From Thermodesulfobacteriota bacterium (GTDB lineage: Bacteria > Desulfobacterota > Desulfuromonadia > Desulfuromonadales > Geoalkalibacteraceae), in assembly GCA_034189505.1 (NCBI GenBank), contig JAXHUR010000005.1, forward strand, positions 456-64,455: 64,000 nucleotides of DNA, read 5' to 3'. A model generated the notes under the pieces. It ran no database searches, had not been told where the DNA came from, and saw only the letters and a list, made by a program, of their open reading frames with translations. This document shows, piece after piece, positions 59,915 to 64,000 of this stretch. The stretch's first letter is position 1; each line of letters begins with the position of its first letter. Made by a program: the position numbers and the translations under genes.

Positions 59915-60454
59915 CTATTTCCTGAAGGGCATTCCAAGCCCTGCAAGAAGCTGGCGGGCCTCTTCGTCTGTTTTCGCCGTGGTCACGATGCTGATGTTCA
60001 ACCCGCTGACTTTAGCGATTTTATCAATGTCGATCTCAGGAAAGATGATCTGCTCACGAATCCCGAGCGTGTAATTGCCGCGTCCGTCAAAAGCCTTGGA
60101 TGAAACACCCTTGAAATCACGAACGCGAGGCAGGGCGACATTGATGAGACGATCGAGAAATTCAAAGGCTTTGGCGCGACGCAGAGTCACCATGCAGCCA
60201 ATAGGCATCCCCTCGCGCAGCTTGAAGCCGGCAATCGACTTCTTGGCACGGGTGATGACGGCCCGCTGACCGGTCATCTTGGTCAGTTCCTCCACCGCAG
60301 ATTCCAGAAGTTTGGGATTCTGGATCGCCTCACCAAGCCCCATGTTGACCACAACCTTCTCAACACGAGGGACTTCCATTACATTCTTATACTGGAATTC
60401 CTTCATGAGCTTGGGTGCGATGTCAGTGGCAAAATGTTCCTTCAGCCTGGCCAT
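59915..60454 (-). CDS. rplE: 50S ribosomal protein L5
   Basis: MARLKEHF...VVNMGLGEA...[11 protein letters not shown]. Confidence 0.95.
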   Translation of the reverse strand: MARLKEHFATDIAPKLMKEFQYKNVMEVPRVEKVVVNMGLGEAIQNPKLLESAVEELTKMTGQRAVITRAKKSIAGFKLREGMPIGCMVTLRRAKAFEFLDRLINVALPRVRDFKGVSSKAFDGRGNYTLGIREQIIFPEIDIDKIAKVSGLNISIVTTAKTDEEARQLLAGLGMPFRK

Positions 60455-60466
60455 GGATTTTCTCCC

Positions 60467-60796
60467 TTACTTATCCACAATTTCGTTGCATTTTTTGCAG
60501 AAACGCACCTTGCTGCCGTCATCGAGGACGCGCTTACCCGTGCGGGTGGGCTTGCTGCACGATGGGCAGACAAGCATAACGTTTGAAGCGTCCAGAGGCG
60601 CTTCTTTCTCGACGATTCCCCCTTCGGACTGTCCTGGACGGGGACGGGTGTGCCGCTTGATCATGTTGACATTTTCAACGATCAGACGGCCCTTGTCGGC
60701 AAAAATCTTCTGCACCTTACCGGTTTTTCCGTGGTCCTTTCCGGCGGTTATCATCACCATGTCGTTGGTTTTGACATGCATTTTTTTTGTTGCCAT
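60467..60796 (-). CDS. rplX: 50S ribosomal protein L24 (with C-terminal Cys4 motif)
   Basis: KTNDMVMITAGKDHGKTGKV (KOW). ATG 60796 follows the rplN stop (60829). The C-terminus carries CPSC-x19-CKKC. Confidence 0.93.
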   Translation of the reverse strand: MATKKMHVKTNDMVMITAGKDHGKTGKVQKIFADKGRLIVENVNMIKRHTRPRPGQSEGGIVEKEAPLDASNVMLVCPSCSKPTRTGKRVLDDGSKVRFCKKCNEIVDK

Positions 60797-60828
60797 GGTT
60801 TTGCTCTCCAATGTTCTGTCGGCTCCGG

Positions 60829-61197
60829 TCAAAGAACTTCAGGGGCCAGCGACACAATCTTCATAAACTGGCGCGCACGAAGCTCACGAGCCACAGGGCC
60901 GAAGATCCGTGTTCCAACGGGTTCACCCGCAGCGTTCACGACAACGGCGGAATTGTTGTCGAAACGGATATATGACCCGTCGGGACGCGGCACTTCCTTG
61001 GCGGTGCGAACAATGACCGCACGCACGATGTCGCCTTTTTTTACTTTAGAATTCGGCAGGGCTTCTTTGACCGAGCAGATAATAATATCGCCGAGACCGG
61101 CGTATTTACGCTTGGAGCCACCGAGAACCTTGACACAGCACAATTTCCGAGCTCCGGAATTGTCGGCCACGTCAAGCATTGACTGCATCTGAATCAT
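60829..61197 (-). CDS. rplN: 50S ribosomal protein L14
   Basis: [28 protein letters not shown]. Confidence 0.96.
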   Translation of the reverse strand: MIQMQSMLDVADNSGARKLCCVKVLGGSKRKYAGLGDIIICSVKEALPNSKVKKGDIVRAVIVRTAKEVPRPDGSYIRFDNNSAVVVNAAGEPVGTRIFGPVARELRARQFMKIVSLAPEVL

Positions 61198-61209
61198 GGC
61201 TCGTTTCTC

Positions 61210-61476
61210 CTAAACCATTGTAGTCTTTTCAAGAATTTCACGAACCTGCCACCGCTTTTCCTTCGACAAGGGGCGAGACTCGACAATCAGAACCTTGTCT
61301 CCCGCCTGGCAGCTGTTAAGTTCGTCATGCGCCTTGCAGGTCACCTTTCGGCGAATATACTTGCGGTATACGGGATGCTTGACCATCTGATCCACACGGA
61401 CCACAACGGTTTTGTCCATTTTATCGCTGACCACAATCCCGATGCGGGTTTTCCGGTTTCCACGCTGTTTCGTCAT
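61210..61476 (-). CDS. rpsQ: 30S ribosomal protein S17
   Basis: [15 protein letters not shown]...[15 protein letters not shown]. Confidence 0.95.
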   Translation of the reverse strand: MTKQRGNRKTRIGIVVSDKMDKTVVVRVDQMVKHPVYRKYIRRKVTCKAHDELNSCQAGDKVLIVESRPLSKEKRWQVREILEKTTMV

Positions 61477-61496
61477 AATAATCCTCGCAATCCCGC

Positions 61497-61691
61497 CTAT
61501 ACCTTCTGCTCAACCATGATGGTCTTGATGCGGGCGATGTCTTTTCTCACCTGAGACAGACGTGCAGTGTTCTCGAGGTGCCCCGTATGCATCTGAAACC
61601 TGAGGTTGAAAAGTTCCTTATTCAGTTCCTGATTCTTCTGGTCCAACTCGTCCAGACTCATTTCACGCAGTTCAGTCGCCTTCATGGCCAA
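61497..61691 (-). CDS. rpmC: 50S ribosomal protein L29
   Basis: [31 protein letters not shown]. The start is 61691 or 61685; it overlaps the rplP 3' end. Confidence 0.93.
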   Translation of the reverse strand: MAMKATELREMSLDELDQKNQELNKELFNLRFQMHTGHLENTARLSQVRKDIARIKTIMVEQKV

Positions 61692-62100
61692 ATGCCTCCC
61701 GAGTCACGAATTTGGTTTTCATGGGGAGCTTGTGAGCGGCAAGACGGAAGGCTTCACGCGCAATTCCCTCTTCCACACCTTGCATCTCATAGAGCATATG
61801 CCCAGGCTTGACAACAGCCACCCAGGACTCCGGAGACCCCTTGCCTTTACCCATACGGGTTTCGGCGGGCTTTTTGGTCAAAGGCTTGTGCGGAAACGCA
61901 CGGATCCAGATCTTGCCGCCACGTTTAATGTAGCGAGTCATAGCACGACGAGCCGCCTCAATCTGACGCGACGACAGCCAACCGCACTCAATCGCCTGGA
62001 GACCGAAGTCACCGAAATTGAGCTCCGTGCCCCGCTGGGCCGCCCCCTTCATGCGGCCCTTTTGCTGCTTTCTATATTTAACCTTCTTGGGCATTAACAT
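61672..62100 (-). CDS. rplP: 50S ribosomal protein L16
   Basis: [19 protein letters not shown]... Confidence 0.95.
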   Translation of the reverse strand: MLMPKKVKYRKQQKGRMKGAAQRGTELNFGDFGLQAIECGWLSSRQIEAARRAMTRYIKRGGKIWIRAFPHKPLTKKPAETRMGKGKGSPESWVAVVKPGHMLYEMQGVEEGIAREAFRLAAHKLPMKTKFVTREAFGHEGD

Positions 62101-62123
62101 GACGGCTAACTCCTAAAACACAT

Positions 62124-62762
62124 TTATTTTTGCTCTTGCTTCAACACTTCGCCTTTGAAGATCAGAACCTTGACACCAATAATGCCGTAGGTTGTCTTCG
62201 CTTCGGCGAAGCCATAATCGATATCAGCCCGCAGGGTATGCAGGGGCACGCGTCCCTCGCGATACCATTCTGTACGGCTCATTTCAGCACCACCCAAACG
62301 ACCGGAGCAGTTGATTTTGATCCCCTGGGCTCCGAATTTCAGCGCCTGGCTGACGCTCTTCTTCATAGCGCGACGAAAGGCCACACGCCGCTCAAGTTGC
62401 AAAGCGACATTTTCGGCGACAAGCTGGGCATCAATTTCAGGCTTGCGGACTTCCTGGATATTGATAAAGATTTCCTTGTCGGTCAGTTTGGCCAGCTCTT
62501 TTTTAAGCGCCTCGACCTCGGACCCCTTTTTGCCGATGATGATACCAGGACGCGCAGCATAAATGTTGACCTTAGCCTTGTTCGCGGCGCGCTCCAGTTC
62601 TATCTTCGAAATCCCGGCATGATAAAGGCGTTTCTTCAAATAGTCACGCAATTTTATATCTTCATGCACGAGATCGGCATAATTTTCCTCGGCATACCAA
62701 CGGGAATCCCATGTCCGGATCACACCCAGACGAAACCCAACAGGATGAACTTTCTGTCCCAA
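62124..62762 (-). CDS. rpsC: 30S ribosomal protein S3
   Basis: [26 protein letters not shown] domain. Confidence 0.96.
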   Translation of the reverse strand: MGQKVHPVGFRLGVIRTWDSRWYAEENYADLVHEDIKLRDYLKKRLYHAGISKIELERAANKAKVNIYAARPGIIIGKKGSEVEALKKELAKLTDKEIFINIQEVRKPEIDAQLVAENVALQLERRVAFRRAMKKSVSQALKFGAQGIKINCSGRLGGAEMSRTEWYREGRVPLHTLRADIDYGFAEAKTTYGIIGVKVLIFKGEVLKQEQK

Positions 62763-62783
62763 GCTGTCACCTCCTCAAACGGA

Positions 62784-63116
62784 CTATTTCACGCCGAGAA
62801 CCACGGTAATGTGGCTGGTCGGCTTACGAATTCGACTGGCGCGGCCCATGGCACGCGGAATGAAACGCTTCAGCGCCGGTCCCTGGTTGACGAAGATCTG
62901 CTTCACATAGAGCCGATCCACATCGGAGACGCCTTTTTGCTCGGCATTGGCTACTGCGGAGGCCACGAGCTTGGAGACAATCCCGGCAGCTTTCTGCGGA
63001 CTGTATTTCAACACGGTCAACGCGTCCTGGACATTTCGTCCACGCACCAGGTCCACCACAAGGCGGGCCTTTTGCGCCGAGAGTCGCGCGTATCTCAATT
63101 TTGCACTGGATTCCAT
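62784..63116 (-). CDS. rplV: 50S ribosomal protein L22
   Basis: RLSAQKARLVVDLVRGRNV..AL..L. Confidence 0.95.
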   Translation of the reverse strand: MESSAKLRYARLSAQKARLVVDLVRGRNVQDALTVLKYSPQKAAGIVSKLVASAVANAEQKGVSDVDRLYVKQIFVNQGPALKRFIPRAMGRASRIRKPTSHITVVLGVK

Positions 63117-63141
63117 GGATCTAGACTCCTATCGGAATGTC

Positions 63142-63426
63142 CTATTTTCTCTTGCCCTTGCCCTTTTTGTCGGCACCATGTCCATAGTAGGTCCGGGTAG
63201 GGGCGAACTCGCCAAGCTTATGCCCGACCATATTCTCGGTAATAAAAACCGGAATAAACTTTTTTCCGTTATGCACCGCGAACGTGTGCCCAACAAATTC
63301 AGGGATGATGGTGGACCGACGCGACCAGGTTTTAATGACCGCCTTGCGGGTAGTGCCACCATCGATATCGACCTTGCGCAGAAGGCTGTCCTGAATATAG
63401 GGCCCTTTTTTGATTGATCTAGCCAC
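63142..63426 (-). CDS. rpsS: 30S ribosomal protein S19
   Basis: [11 protein letters not shown]...[25 protein letters not shown]. Confidence 0.96.
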   Translation of the reverse strand: MARSIKKGPYIQDSLLRKVDIDGGTTRKAVIKTWSRRSTIIPEFVGHTFAVHNGKKFIPVFITENMVGHKLGEFAPTRTYYGHGADKKGKGKRK

Positions 63427-63453
63427 TTACAACTCCTATTAAATCAGGTGGAA

Positions 63454-64000
63454 TTACTTCCGTTTGCGAATGATAAATCGATCGGTACGCTTGTTCACGC
63501 GGGTCTTGTAACCCTTGGTCGGGACTCCCCAGGGAGTCACAGGATGACGACCACCGGAGCTCTTGCCCTCACCACCGCCATGGGGATGATCAACCGGGTT
63601 CATGGCGACACCGCGGGATTGAGGCCGCTTGCCCAACCAGCGATTACGGCCGGCCTTTCCGATTTTAACGTTTTCATGATCCGCATTTCCAACCTGGCCG
63701 ATCGTGGCGCGGCAATCCTGCATCACCAATCGCACCTCGCCAGAAGGCATGCGCAGCTGGGCGTACTTTCCCTCCTTGGCGGCAATCATGGCGTACGTGC
63801 CGGCACTGCGGGCAAGCTGCCCACCTTTGCCGACTTTGAGTTCTACATTGTGAACCCAGGTCCCTAAAGGAATTGAGCGGATGGTCATGGCGTTGCCGGG
63901 TTGGATATCGGCGTTGTCGCTGGCAACCACCTGATCCCCTACACTGAGCCCGACCGGCGCGAGAATATAGCGTTTCTCCCCATCCATATACTGCAAGAGC
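63454..64000 (-). CDS. rplB: 50S ribosomal protein L2 (C-terminal part; the gene continues beyond the right edge)
   Basis: [33 protein letters not shown]...[12 protein letters not shown]. The first Met in the track ORF is internal. Confidence 0.95.
   Translation of the reverse strand, partial: LLQYMDGEKRYILAPVGLSVGDQVVASDNADIQPGNAMTIRSIPLGTWVHNVELKVGKGGQLARSAGTYAMIAAKEGKYAQLRMPSGEVRLVMQDCRATIGQVGNADHENVKIGKAGRNRWLGKRPQSRGVAMNPVDHPHGGGEGKSSGGRHPVTPWGVPTKGYKTRVNKRTDRFIIRKRK

Overview
This 64-kb window is a core housekeeping region of a moderately GC-rich Gram-negative chromosome. Gene content and order (cimA beside lysC, a TrpB2-type gene inside the trp operon, an Mla system, LptD, cdaA-cdaR-glmM) look like Desulfuromonadales/Geobacter-type Deltaproteobacteria; that placement is inference, not a search result.

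Layout:
- 1-7.4 kb: ubiE, a Nudix hydrolase, a DUF4212 + sodium:solute symporter pair, and a cNMP/CBS/DUF294 nucleotidyltransferase-like regulator. These converge on the end of an mla operon.
- 6.4-10.9 kb (minus strand): mlaE-F-D-A-C, followed by a stand-alone cNMP-binding-domain protein and a CYTH/TTM protein.
- 11.2-64 kb: an unbroken run of minus-strand genes. In order of transcription: the ribosomal S10/spc/alpha operons (rplB to rplQ), trpEGDC-(TrpB2 relic)-trpFB, a DEAD-box helicase, an SRPBCC protein, trpA-accD-folC-lptD, comEA-like, ftsB, argS, a SPOR protein, tRNA-fMet and tRNA-Met, tilS-ftsH-folP-cdaA-cdaR-glmM-pdxJ-acpS-nnr-CBS-tsaE-lpdA, lysC-cimA-comEA, then E1alpha/E1beta/E2 of a 2-oxoacid dehydrogenase and a Lon-like protease.

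I found no CRISPR array, IS element, integrase, prophage, toxin-antitoxin pair or recognisable defence gene, so I do not claim a novel system with confidence.

The observations most worth a second look:
1. A 200-aa in-frame, triply deleted TrpB2 relic kept inside the trp operon.
2. A roughly 290-nt highly structured region ending in an intrinsic terminator about 31 nt before the DUF294 gene start.
3. An mla operon with no mlaB that carries a translationally coupled cNMP-binding protein and a CYTH protein instead.
4. Two small Cys-rich ORFs below the ORF-track cutoff.
5. A 9-bp tandem repeat encoding a 15-Glu run in the E2 linker.
6. An unexplained N-terminal extension on FolP.

Many ORF-track starts are over-extended; I refined them where a Shine-Dalgarno (SD) sequence or family N-terminus allowed.
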